56,420 nucleotides of DNA from assembly GCA_039024555.1 (NCBI GenBank), contig JBCCQQ010000042.1:1-56420 (forward strand). The letters run 5' to 3'. Under the pieces are notes generated by a model that was not told the origin of the DNA, did not search any database, and saw nothing but the letters and a program-made list of their open reading frames with translations. This document shows, in pieces, positions 19,932 through 29,424 of this stretch (positions within the stretch are counted from its first letter, which is position 1; the number at the start of each line of letters is the position of its first letter). This DNA comes from Cyanobacteria bacterium P01_D01_bin.156. GTDB lineage: Bacteria > Cyanobacteriota > Cyanobacteriia > Phormidesmidales > Phormidesmidaceae. The position numbers and the translations under genes are program-made.

Positions 19932-20648
19932 GTGGACACTCGCAAGGTCGCAATTGTCACGGCAGCTAGCCGAGGAATTGGTGCAGGCTGTGCTAAAGAA
20001 CTAGCCGCCCAAGGATATCGCGTGTCGTTGTTAGCCCGTTCTGCCTCCGTTTTAGAGTTGGCCACATCGCTGGGTGGCATCGGGGTACAAGGGTCCCTCA
20101 ACCAGGTAAAAGATTTAGAAACATTGGTGCAAAATACTTTGGCTCAGTGGGGCCGCATTGATGCGGTGGTCATGAGCTTTAGGGACCCACCCCGTCCAAA
20201 CCTATTGGAGATTTCAGATCAAATGTGGCTCGACCATTTTGAAATGTTATTTCTTAGCGTGGTGCGTTTGGCTAGGTTGGTAACCGAGCCCATGCAACAA
20301 CAGGGTGGAGGCGCCATGGTCAATATCTCCGCCTGTGATTCCCAGGAGCCGTCTTTAGGAACACCGTTTAGCGGCACCCTACGCGCGGCCATGGAAGGCT
20401 TTACCAAGCTCTATGCCAAACGCTACCGGGACGACCACATTCGTATGAACAGCATTGCCCCGTTTTTTGTTGCCGATGATATGGCAGAACTGGAGGGCTG
20501 GGATGTGGCCCCAGATGATTTGATGTGGAACCGTCCGGCCACCTATCAAGAACTGGCAAAGACCGTATGTTTTCTCCTCTCGGAAGATGCCAAATTTATT
20601 TCTGGTACCACCCTAAAAGTGGATGAAGCCAGCTCCATGGCGATTTAA
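19932..20648 (+). CDS. Atypical SDR-family oxidoreductase
   Basis: VTAASRGIG Rossmann motif, WGRIDAVV, FISGTTLKVD; SxxxR in place of YxxxK. Confidence 0.85.
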   Translation: MDTRKVAIVTAASRGIGAGCAKELAAQGYRVSLLARSASVLELATSLGGIGVQGSLNQVKDLETLVQNTLAQWGRIDAVVMSFRDPPRPNLLEISDQMWLDHFEMLFLSVVRLARLVTEPMQQQGGGAMVNISACDSQEPSLGTPFSGTLRAAMEGFTKLYAKRYRDDHIRMNSIAPFFVADDMAELEGWDVAPDDLMWNRPATYQELAKTVCFLLSEDAKFISGTTLKVDEASSMAI

Positions 20649-20737
20649 ACAACAGCCTCTAGGCAACGATTTGATGGACTGCTTGAACGCCATCGATAGT
20701 TTCTATTGTCCAATTTGCTTACATTGGTTTTATCAAA

Positions 20738-22192
20738 ATGTTATTTAGAGTCACCCTCCCCATGGCCATTCCTCGGCTTCAGTCATCTCTACGTCGGGAG
20801 ATACGCGAGTTCTTTAAATTGGCAATTCCTCTGGCCAGTGCCCAGGTGGCTCAGTCCGCTACAGGGTTTGCAGACACCATTATGATGGGCCGCATGGGGC
20901 CAGACGTGCTGGCAGCAGGCGGTCTGGCAGCGATTATTTACATTGTGATCATGACTGCGTTTACAGGTGCTGTTATGGGGGTTAGTCCTTTAGTGGCCGA
21001 AGCATTTGGCGCAGGCAAAAAAGGACGCGTGCAGCAAATAGCCAGTCAGGGACTGTGGCTAGCTATGCTGGTAGCCGTTCCCGCCATGATATTTACAGGG
21101 CAGTTAGAAGGTTTGATGCTGCGGTTGGGTCAAGACCCGGTGGTAGTTGAGCTCACAGACACCTATTTACAAGTTATTCTGTGGAGCTTTTGGCCCATAG
21201 CCGGATTTACAGCCCTGCGGTCTATGGTATCGGCCCTTTCCCAGGCCCGCCCCATCATGGTCATTATTGTAGTGGGAACGATTTTTAATATTGTTGGTAA
21301 CTACCTCTTGGGCTTTGGTAAGTTGGGACTGCCTAACCTGGGGTTGGCCGGTTTAGCCTGGGCCACCATGCTGACCTGGTGGGGAATGTTTACAGCTTTA
21401 GCACTGTATGTACTACGCCACCCCACACTGCGTAATTATCGAATTTTTCAGTCTCTCCGTTGCCCTAAGTGGCGTATTCTCAAGCAGCTGATTTGGGTGG
21501 GGGTACCCATTGGTATTTTCTCAGGGTTGGAGTCAGGATTTTTTCTGTCGGTTATGTTGATGATGGGGCGTTTGGGAACAGATGCCCTAGCAGCTCACCA
21601 GGTTGTTTTGCAAACTATTGTGGTGGTGTTTATGGTGCCCCTGGGAATTTCCTTTGCTACTACGGTCAGGGTAGGCCAATGGTTTGGCCGTCAGGATGTG
21701 GCGGGAATGCAGCGGGCCACTGGGGTGAGTATGGCAATTACGACGGTGACAATGCTCATGGGTTCTCTGGCTTTTTTGTTATTTCCAAAACAGCTGATTG
21801 GTATTTATTTGGATGTGAATAGTCCAGAGAATAAGGCAATTGTTGAGTTGGCGATGCCATTGTTGACCATTGCGTCGGTCACGATGGTGTTAGACGGGTT
21901 GCAAAAGGCGGTGTATGGCGCACTGCAGGGAGTGCAGGATACTCGGGTGCCTATGGTGCTGAATGCAGTTGGTTTTTGGGGTGTGGGTCTGTCGGCTGGA
22001 TATGGTTTGGGGTTTTATTTGGGGCTGGGCAGCCAGGGATTGTGGATTGGGCAGTCAATAGCCATTGCTACCGTAGCGACTCTATTTAGCATAAGGTTAT
22101 ATCGAGTTCTGAATAGGCTAAAAAATGATTCGATATTTGTACCTATTCATCCAGAGACAAGCAATCCAACGACTCAACCGTTAATCAGCTAG
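20738..22192 (+). CDS. MATE-family efflux transporter
   Basis: FFKLAIPLA..Q...GFADTIMMGR, VRVGQWFG, GALQGVQDT; about 12 TM; alternative start 20762. Confidence 0.93.
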   Translation: MLFRVTLPMAIPRLQSSLRREIREFFKLAIPLASAQVAQSATGFADTIMMGRMGPDVLAAGGLAAIIYIVIMTAFTGAVMGVSPLVAEAFGAGKKGRVQQIASQGLWLAMLVAVPAMIFTGQLEGLMLRLGQDPVVVELTDTYLQVILWSFWPIAGFTALRSMVSALSQARPIMVIIVVGTIFNIVGNYLLGFGKLGLPNLGLAGLAWATMLTWWGMFTALALYVLRHPTLRNYRIFQSLRCPKWRILKQLIWVGVPIGIFSGLESGFFLSVMLMMGRLGTDALAAHQVVLQTIVVVFMVPLGISFATTVRVGQWFGRQDVAGMQRATGVSMAITTVTMLMGSLAFLLFPKQLIGIYLDVNSPENKAIVELAMPLLTIASVTMVLDGLQKAVYGALQGVQDTRVPMVLNAVGFWGVGLSAGYGLGFYLGLGSQGLWIGQSIAIATVATLFSIRLYRVLNRLKNDSIFVPIHPETSNPTTQPLIS

Positions 22193-22456
22193 TCAATATA
22201 CTCAAAATCCTTGTTCATGGGCATTTCACCCCAACTCAGATACAGAGCAAAGTTCATAGGGGTTGTGGCAGGGATGGGGACAATGCCCGTGCTATTTGGC
22301 GTTGATGTTATTGAAGGAATTAATTTAAGGCTAAATAAACCTTACTGCCAGAGCCTATAGAAAGCATTTACATTTAGCCATATTGTTAAGGGTTAAATTT
22401 TGCTGATTCTATGAAATCTGTTGAGTAGTACTAGGGTGTAGCGCGAACGCTCATCC

Positions 22457-23803
22457 ATGGATCTTGAAAGTGCATTCCGAAACTTACCCCAAGATGCTGA
22501 TGAAGCAATGGTTCAGCATCTTTTCTCGCAGCCTTTCCTTCAGTCATTAGGCTTTGAGCAACTCGAAATGCATTCTGAGTACCCTATTGGGCGTAAAGCC
22601 GTTGATTGGGCCGCTCGTAAAAATCCAGATCCAAACAATGTCTTTTTTCATACAAAGCAATCCCCTTACCTCTACATGGAGGTTAAAGGGAGGACTGAAA
22701 ATTTAACCGAAGGGCACACACACTATTTGAAGCATGTTGCTCAGCTGAAGCAATACTTACTGGCTCCACAATCAAAAACAGTCCAGTGGGGAATTTTAAT
22801 GAATTCTCTGAAAGCTCAGTTATTTCGTAAGCATGGGAAAGTTATCCATCCTGCTTTACCGTGCATGTCTTTTGACGATGGAAATCTTCAGCAAACAATT
22901 AGTAGTATCAAGACTCGAATAGAACACCCTAAGCGTGGGTTAGTGGTCACTGTTTACAACAACAAAGGTGGTGTTGGAAAAACTACCACTGTCGCTAATC
23001 TTGCAGCAGTACTATCTCAGCTTAAAAAGCGAGTATTGATTGTTGACCTTGACTCTAATCAAGGAGATCTAGGGGATGCCTTAGGAGTGCAAAAGACCTC
23101 TGGGGATATGAAGGCATTACTTTTAGGCTCAGTTAAAGATATTCGAGCAATAACGAGCCAGTATAATCCCAAACACCCTAAGCTCAAGGGCTATAGGTTT
23201 GATATCGTCGCGGCGGATAGAGAGCTATCCAGCACAAATATAAACGCCATGGCTCAAATAAAGCAACGAGCCAAACCGCATACTCTTTTAATGTCATTGG
23301 AAGCAGCACGACAAGAGTATGACTACATTTTTATAGATGCCCCTCCTGGCTGGTTAGAGTATTCTAGGCAAGCTGTTTGTGCTGCGGATGTTGTACTTAT
23401 TCCAGCCCGACACGATAACTTGCACTCCCTACAAAATGCAGGGATGACAATCGCTCGATTCATTCCTGATGCTCAGAAAGCTTTAAGAGAGCGTGGCTAC
23501 CCAGGGCCTGTAGCTTTACCTATATTCCTAAATAACGCTCACTCCATCACTGACGCCCAAGTCAACGTGATGCATAAGGCTATAGCGAGAATTATCACCT
23601 CTAATAGGCAGCATGGTATTAACCTTACCCCGTACTTCTATTCCAAGAGAAAGCCCCGGCGCGACAGTCAAGACTTAGCAATGATTTCAGTGCCCTATCT
23701 GGCTTATATTTCTCAATCGGATTTTATTCAAATCCCTGGAGCTTTTTGGCATAAGACTGTCCGAGACCAGTATGTAAATCTAGTTAAGGAGTATTTTCTA
23801 TGA
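22457..23803 (+). CDS. HsdR-N-type PD-(D/E)xK nuclease domain fused to a ParA/Soj ATPase
   Basis: N-terminal E..VD...MEVK...QLKQY...WGILMN; C-terminal deviant Walker A NNKGGVGKTT, VDLDSNQ, IDAPP. Confidence 0.82.
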   Translation: MDLESAFRNLPQDADEAMVQHLFSQPFLQSLGFEQLEMHSEYPIGRKAVDWAARKNPDPNNVFFHTKQSPYLYMEVKGRTENLTEGHTHYLKHVAQLKQYLLAPQSKTVQWGILMNSLKAQLFRKHGKVIHPALPCMSFDDGNLQQTISSIKTRIEHPKRGLVVTVYNNKGGVGKTTTVANLAAVLSQLKKRVLIVDLDSNQGDLGDALGVQKTSGDMKALLLGSVKDIRAITSQYNPKHPKLKGYRFDIVAADRELSSTNINAMAQIKQRAKPHTLLMSLEAARQEYDYIFIDAPPGWLEYSRQAVCAADVVLIPARHDNLHSLQNAGMTIARFIPDAQKALRERGYPGPVALPIFLNNAHSITDAQVNVMHKAIARIITSNRQHGINLTPYFYSKRKPRRDSQDLAMISVPYLAYISQSDFIQIPGAFWHKTVRDQYVNLVKEYFL

Positions 23804-24483
23804 GCTTCTCAGAATTGGGGACGTTGATGTGTTTTCCTTTCGACTCCATTACATCATGTAAGGATACTGATGAGCATGATTATTTGATCCAATCAACGGC
23901 TGAATTGCTTGCTGAAAGAGGCCGAAACTGGCTTCCACTGATTGTGGTCGAAACTGGTCCCGATCAGTATGAGGTAATAGCTAATGAATTTGTTTATGCA
24001 GCAGCAGCAGCAGCAGATCTAGAAGAAGTTTGGTGTATTGTCGCTGACGAGTCGTCCGAGACTAAAGAGATTGCGCAAGCATTATGCCGGGAGTCTACTC
24101 CTAAAACCAACCTATCCACAGCTAGTCGAGATGAAATTAAACTGGCGTTAGATTACCTGCTCAAACAACCTAATACGCCTCTCAAGGGAGTTAATATAAG
24201 CATCGCTGTAACTCGTATAGAGGACGCCCCCAGACAATACTGGAGTAGTTTTCAACCCATTACTAAACTAGGATGCAGAATCATGGCAGGTAAGAAGTTG
24301 AAGGCATTAGAACAAGTTTTCTATTTAACTCCAGAGCCTTTGCCTGATGTGATAACTGATCGCAAGCTATTAGACTCATTCACGGTGAAGCAGCTCAAAG
24401 AGTTGGCTAAGAAGCGAGGTATGAAGGGCCTCTCAAAGCTGAAAAAAACTGATCTGGTTGATTTGTTGACTGAGGAAGAGTAA
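23800..24483 (+). CDS. ParB-like N-domain + HhH-like + Rho-N/HeH domain protein
   Basis: NWLPLIVVETGPDQYEVIAN...EEVWCIV; NLSTASRDEI; TVKQLKELAKKRGMKGLSKLKKTDLVDLL; ATGA overlap with the upstream gene. Confidence 0.75.
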   Translation: MSFSELGTLMCFPFDSITSCKDTDEHDYLIQSTAELLAERGRNWLPLIVVETGPDQYEVIANEFVYAAAAAADLEEVWCIVADESSETKEIAQALCRESTPKTNLSTASRDEIKLALDYLLKQPNTPLKGVNISIAVTRIEDAPRQYWSSFQPITKLGCRIMAGKKLKALEQVFYLTPEPLPDVITDRKLLDSFTVKQLKELAKKRGMKGLSKLKKTDLVDLLTEEE

Positions 24484-24697
24484 GACTTCTGTCTTTATTC
24501 TGACAGCTCTAATTGAGACCACCCAATTGGAGAGTGTTCAGAATTTTGTGTAAGACTGTTACTCCACCTCACTCTCCAAAAGAGCATTACCCAAGAGAAA
24601 TATCTATAACATCCACAAAAGTATCACTGAGCAAGATCTAGGACATTTCCAAATGCCCGGCGCTAGAATCAAAATAGTGACTTTTTATAAACCCGTT

Positions 24698-25135
24698 ATG
24701 AAAAACTCCTGGAAATTACTGCCCTTACTATCTGTTATTTTTGCTGTTGCTAGCCATCAGCCCCTGGCTGCAGAAGTAGCACCCACACTACCACCCACCA
24801 TTACCATCCCTAGCGCTCAATCAGAAGTCACCGTCCGCCTAGAAAACCAAACCCCAGCCGCCATTACTTATGAAGCTCTGGGAGATACCCAACCTCGCCT
24901 GCTAACCTCAGGAGATGATGTTCTTCTCCAAAACCTCAACACCCCCACTACACTCACATTCTTCTACCAAGACATTCAGAAGAATCGACAGGCGGGTGAA
25001 GGACTCCTAACGGCTGCCATAGAAGTAAACGAAGCCACCGGTAACCTAGAAGTAGTTGTTAAACCAACCACTAGCCTAGGTTCAGATGTAAGCAACATCA
25101 CCATCGAACCCAGCGGCAACGTATTTGTTTTCTAA
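24698..25135 (+). CDS. Secreted hypothetical protein (beta-rich)
   Basis: Signal peptide MKNSWKLLPLLSVIFAVAS..LAA; start moved to ATG 24698. Confidence 0.7.
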   Translation: MKNSWKLLPLLSVIFAVASHQPLAAEVAPTLPPTITIPSAQSEVTVRLENQTPAAITYEALGDTQPRLLTSGDDVLLQNLNTPTTLTFFYQDIQKNRQAGEGLLTAAIEVNEATGNLEVVVKPTTSLGSDVSNITIEPSGNVFVF

Positions 25136-25148
25136 TAACTAAAAGAAG

Positions 25149-26438
25149 CTAGTTAGCAAGGGGCTGAGCCGGACGGAAGGGCAGTCCCTTGTCCGTTACA
25201 TTGCCAGGAACAGAAGGCTTAGTACCTTCTACATTCTCCTTACCAACTAAGGCCGTAACCGAATTTCCTAACGCCTGACTCAACGTTGCCAATGATTGCT
25301 TTAACAACAAGTCAGGGTTGAGCACGGCCCAGCCAGTTTCAGTCAGTTGACGTAGCTCAAAGTGCAAATGAGGTCCCGTAGAGAGCCCCGTACTCCCCAC
25401 CAGACCAACCACCTCACCTTGTTCAACCCATTCACCTGGCTTAACCAGTAGCCGAGCCAAGTGAGCATAGCGACTTTCCAAAGTATCGTCATAGTGGCGT
25501 AGCACCACCATCAGGCCATAACCACCCGCCACATCAGCAAAATCTACGCGACCTGACTGGGTTGCCACCACCGGAGTACCTAGCTGGGCACCTAGATCCG
25601 AACCGGTATGAAACCGACGTACACCCAAAACTGGGTGCATCCGCCACCCAAACAGCGACGTTAAAGACGCTGGCACGGATAGGGGAAAAATGAACTTCTC
25701 ACCCAGCTGCAGATCAACAACGGCTTTAGCTGCCTTGTTGTAATAATCACGGCTAGCAGAAAGCGTAATGTCTGCTACCTGCTGAACACCCGGCAGATTC
25801 ATAACTGCCCTGGCAATATTTGCCTGAGGGACAGAAGCCGTATCTGTCGCTGCCGCTAGTTGTTCTGACTGACTGCAGCCACCTTGGGATACTGAGCGCC
25901 CAGCATTAACAGAAAACTGACAACCGCTGCCCCGATCCGAAATAATCACCTCTGGCATGGTGGCACCGACGCTATAGTCGGTGGGGTCAATGGCAGCACC
26001 GCCATAGTCTAAGGGTGATACCAGCTCTACTGCGGGAGTTTGTCCCTCGCTACTTGCTTGCTCGCCCAGCAAAGAGTCCAAAGTGGGCGCAGGTTGCTGA
26101 GCTGCTGGTTCAGGCTCTACAAAAACGGTGCCGTAGTTAGATGAGCCAGCATCAACGGTTTCAACAGTGCTCGGAACAATTTCTGTGGGCTGCACTATGG
26201 GTTGGGGCGTGGGCTCTACGATGGCAGGGGCAGGGGTAGTGACTACCGGTGCGACTGGAGCAACTGGCTCAGCAACCGTTGCTTCAGGGATGGCAATTTC
26301 AATTGCTTCACCATTGGTTTGGGCCATAACAGCTTGGGTGCCTAGCAAACCTGCTGCAGCTAGGGTGCTCAGAAGCTGCGATGCCTGGGGCAAAGATTTC
26401 TGAGCAATTTGAATAAACTTTTTACCAGAAGCGGTCAT
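25149..26438 (-). CDS. M23-family metallopeptidase
   Basis: TSLFGWRMHP, HTGSD, YAHL, STGPHLHFE; Pro/Ala-rich linker. Confidence 0.92.
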   Translation of the reverse strand: MTASGKKFIQIAQKSLPQASQLLSTLAAAGLLGTQAVMAQTNGEAIEIAIPEATVAEPVAPVAPVVTTPAPAIVEPTPQPIVQPTEIVPSTVETVDAGSSNYGTVFVEPEPAAQQPAPTLDSLLGEQASSEGQTPAVELVSPLDYGGAAIDPTDYSVGATMPEVIISDRGSGCQFSVNAGRSVSQGGCSQSEQLAAATDTASVPQANIARAVMNLPGVQQVADITLSASRDYYNKAAKAVVDLQLGEKFIFPLSVPASLTSLFGWRMHPVLGVRRFHTGSDLGAQLGTPVVATQSGRVDFADVAGGYGLMVVLRHYDDTLESRYAHLARLLVKPGEWVEQGEVVGLVGSTGLSTGPHLHFELRQLTETGWAVLNPDLLLKQSLATLSQALGNSVTALVGKENVEGTKPSVPGNVTDKGLPFRPAQPLAN

Positions 26439-26671
26439 GGCGTCATCAGTACTTGATAGAAAACCTTGATAAATCTCTTAAACAGTCCCCGTAGCTCTTC
26501 AGTTTGGGGACAAGCTGAGCGTCTAACTTAGCCACATTAACTTCTATACCAGAGTAGCAATAAAATCAAAGAATCATCTGACAGCCTTACAACGATCCTT
26601 AGCTTGCCCATCAAGATAATTAACTACAGCAGTGCTGTTTGGGGTAGGACGGCAGTCTGTAACTGGATGGC

Positions 26672-27460
26672 TCAAGACCGACGAATTTTTGCCGCTGTTC
26701 TAATGATCTGACCAGCTAGGACAGCGGCGCCAAATCCATTGTCAATATTCATCACACCAATGCCAGCGGCACAGGAATTCAACATAGTCAGCAGTGCTGA
26801 TACGCCGCCAAAGCTAGCGCCGTAACCCACGCTGGTAGGGACAGCAATTACCGGACAGTCGGCTAGACCAGCAACCACACTAGGCAGGGCTCCTTCCATT
26901 CCTGCTACGACAATCAGTACATCCGCTTGATCAATAACGGATTGATTATTTAACAGTCGGTGGATACCCGCCACCCCCACATCCCACAGTCGGGTGATAG
27001 GAAAACCTGATAGTTCTAGGGTGACGGCAGCCTCTTCAGCAACGGGTAGGTCCGCTGTGCCAGCAGTAAGGATAGCAATGTTACCCGGATGTACCGTTTC
27101 AATTGATTTGGGCTGTAGTGCACAGATGCGGGCTGTCTCGTAATACCGCAAATTGGGTAGCGCCCCTCGCAGCTGGGCATACACCTCTAGGCTAATGCGT
27201 GTGGCCATCACCACGGGCTGTTCTGGTGCCATGGCGCGAAAAATTTCAATCAGCTGACTGACAGTTTTATCCTGCCCCCAAATGACTTCTGGAAAGCCTG
27301 TGCGCAGTGCCCGATGGTTGTCGATTTTGGCAAAGTTGCCCACGGGCTGATAGTTCAGGTGCTTGAGCTTATCGAAAGCGGTATCGGGGGTGATCTGCCC
27401 GTGGGCAACGGCGGTCAATAAATCTCGTAAGGCAGCAGGCTGGGTCACGGTGAGCCACAC
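26672..27460 (-). CDS. larB: LarB / circadian phase modifier CpmA (PurE-like)
   Basis: RTGFPEVIWG, AGTADLPVAEEA, DVGVAGIHRL, AGMEGALPSV, NIDNGFGA; alternative start GTG 27448. Confidence 0.92.
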   Translation of the reverse strand: MWLTVTQPAALRDLLTAVAHGQITPDTAFDKLKHLNYQPVGNFAKIDNHRALRTGFPEVIWGQDKTVSQLIEIFRAMAPEQPVVMATRISLEVYAQLRGALPNLRYYETARICALQPKSIETVHPGNIAILTAGTADLPVAEEAAVTLELSGFPITRLWDVGVAGIHRLLNNQSVIDQADVLIVVAGMEGALPSVVAGLADCPVIAVPTSVGYGASFGGVSALLTMLNSCAAGIGVMNIDNGFGAAVLAGQIIRTAAKIRRS

Positions 27461-27545
27461 AAATTCTGAAGGACGGTTTAAAGGCTAACGTTTTTTGTGG
27501 GGTTACTGATTTGGAGCTCCCTGCGATCTGATTAGATTACGCCAT

Positions 27546-27863
27546 CTATGCCAGTAACCAGTCCTCGGCCGCTTGAAAAGTTTTGAATGCCTTAACTTCG
27601 GTTTGGCTGCAGCGCAGATTTATGGAAGATACCAAAAACTGAATGAGTAAATCATTACGTACCAGGGCCATTACCGATACAGGGCTCTTGTTGATGGAGA
27701 CCACCAGCAAATCGGCAAAATCCTTGGCTAAGCGCCCACTGCCTTGAATTTCAATCAGCATGGCGGCCTTGGGGTCGGAAGACTGTTGTTGAGCAGTGAA
27801 CGTAGCTTGGAGATCGTCGGCCAAAGTTAGCAAACTGACTGTGTAGGTATTGTAATTAGACAT
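27546..27863 (-). CDS. Small SpoIIAA-like (STAS/SEC14) protein
   Basis: 105 aa alpha/beta; C-terminal VKAFKTFQAAEDWL resembles the F-x(4-5)-A-x2-W-L terminus of that family; 8-nt overlap with the desulfurase gene. Confidence 0.55.
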   Translation of the reverse strand: MSNYNTYTVSLLTLADDLQATFTAQQQSSDPKAAMLIEIQGSGRLAKDFADLLVVSINKSPVSVMALVRNDLLIQFLVSSINLRCSQTEVKAFKTFQAAEDWLLA

Positions 27864-28992
27864 GGAGAATTTGCCGGTAACTCTGGCTAACGCCTTGGAG
27901 AGCCTGGGTGAGCTGCTCTAAATCAGCAGCGGCGGTGGTAACTCCGGTGGATACCCGTAGGGTTCCGTTAGGAAAGGTACCCAAGGTACGGTGAGCTAAA
28001 GGAGCACAGTGTAGCCCTGAACGAAGCTGAATGTCGAAACAGCGCTCTAATATATCGGCAGCTTCTGAAGGGATAATTCCTGGCAGGGTAAAGCTAACAA
28101 TCGGCACGGCGGGCGACTTACTAGTGGTAACTATCTGACCACCACCTGCCGTCACTGCCTCACGTAAATCGTGGACTAAAACATCTGGCTTAGAAAACTT
28201 AGTTACGTTAGCAGCCTGGGCAGACATTGCTGCGATCGCAGGCAAATTAGGTGTACCTGCTTCTAGTCGCTGGGGTAGCAATTCTGGCATTGTCTCTGCT
28301 GCCGCCTCACCGCCGGTCCCACCGTAAATTAAGGGTTCTAGAGTTAGCCCATGGCTTACGGCTAAAACCCCCACACCGGGTAGAGATCGCAGTCCCTTGT
28401 GGCCCCCAAAGGCAATGGCATCAGCGGCGGCCAGTCCATGGGTATTGATCACACCTACGGTTTGGGCCGCATCAATCACCACCTTTGCCCCGGTCTGATG
28501 CGCCATAGATATTACGGTGTCTACCGGCTGCACGATGCCCGTGACATTGGAGGCATGGGTTAGCACAACCACGTCAGTGTCAGTTTGCCAGGTAGCGGCT
28601 AACTGGGAACAGTCAATCAATCCCTCGGGAGTGTTTGGCAGAATCCAATATGGAATACCCTGCTGCTGGGCCAGGGCCATTACGGGCCGATAGGCAGCAT
28701 TGTGGGCCAAAGGATCGATGGCAATGCGTCGAGGTCGAGGCCGTATACCCAGAATCGTCTGGTTAAGGGCCGCAGTCGTGCTGGGTAAAAAACAAACGGC
28801 ATGGGTTTGGGAAGAAACGCCGATGAGGGGTGCGATCGCATCCCGAGCCCGAGCAATCACCTCGCTAGCGGCCATCGCCGACTGGTGGATCCCTCGCTGG
28901 GCACTGCCCATATTCATCGCCCTGGTGGCAGCCTTGAGGGCAGCTGGTGCCCGTGGCAGCCCAGTCGCTGCATGGTCAAAGTAGTAGGTCAT
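27856..28992 (-). CDS. Cysteine desulfurase family (PLP class V aminotransferase)
   Basis: YFDHAAT, THASNVTG, DAAQ, GHKGL (PLP Lys), EAGTPN, RSGLHCAPLAH (catalytic Cys). Confidence 0.92.
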   Translation of the reverse strand: MTYYFDHAATGLPRAPAALKAATRAMNMGSAQRGIHQSAMAASEVIARARDAIAPLIGVSSQTHAVCFLPSTTAALNQTILGIRPRPRRIAIDPLAHNAAYRPVMALAQQQGIPYWILPNTPEGLIDCSQLAATWQTDTDVVVLTHASNVTGIVQPVDTVISMAHQTGAKVVIDAAQTVGVINTHGLAAADAIAFGGHKGLRSLPGVGVLAVSHGLTLEPLIYGGTGGEAAAETMPELLPQRLEAGTPNLPAIAAMSAQAANVTKFSKPDVLVHDLREAVTAGGGQIVTTSKSPAVPIVSFTLPGIIPSEAADILERCFDIQLRSGLHCAPLAHRTLGTFPNGTLRVSTGVTTAAADLEQLTQALQGVSQSYRQILHV

Positions 28993-29417
28993 GGGTTATT
29001 GGAGGTAACTGGCTCCAGTGGAACAACATCCAAAGAGACCTGCATCAGTTCTGCCACAGCGTGGAGGACAATGAGTCGAGCCTGAGACACCGCAGTCTCT
29101 CGAAGAGTAAAGCGCACTCGGGCATCATGAACAATACCGGTCAACAAAAAACGCTGAGAACAGTCAATGCGAAAAAATGGCCGTGGTAAATCCTTGAGAA
29201 TTGTACATTGAGAAACGTGGGAGAGATTTTGTAAATTTTTTAGGGCAATGGGTCTGGGCAAAACAACTTCAACAATACGGTGATCGCCAAAACAGTCACT
29301 GATCAGAGTAAGGGGTAATTCTCCTAAGCAAACTTGAGTGATCTCTCGTTGTCCAACAGTTGGGTTCGATGCGATTTCAGATTGATGTTCTACCATTGTC
29401 ATGCCAGTAATTGTCAT
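28989..29417 (-). CDS. Hypothetical protein (142 aa, 4 Cys)
   Basis: ATG 29417 lies 7 nt after the upstream stop; ATGA overlap with the desulfurase; the longer start (29537) overlaps the V4R gene. Confidence 0.7.
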   Translation of the reverse strand: MTITGMTMVEHQSEIASNPTVGQREITQVCLGELPLTLISDCFGDHRIVEVVLPRPIALKNLQNLSHVSQCTILKDLPRPFFRIDCSQRFLLTGIVHDARVRFTLRETAVSQARLIVLHAVAELMQVSLDVVPLEPVTSNNP

Positions 29418-29424
29418 GGCCGCA

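Noticed and set aside
22457..24483. Ordinary chromosome-partition parAB or a type I R-M system
   Set aside because: ParA carries a nuclease domain, the partner lacks the ParB GxxR motif and HTH, and there is no hsdM/hsdS or helicase
26672..27460. larB as a sixth member of the V4R-desulfurase operon (nickel-pincer cofactor sulfur supply)
   Set aside because: larB/cpmA is widespread in cyanobacteria, there is a gap of at least 85 bp, and no larA/larC/larE is in the window; adjacency is probably just the insertion site
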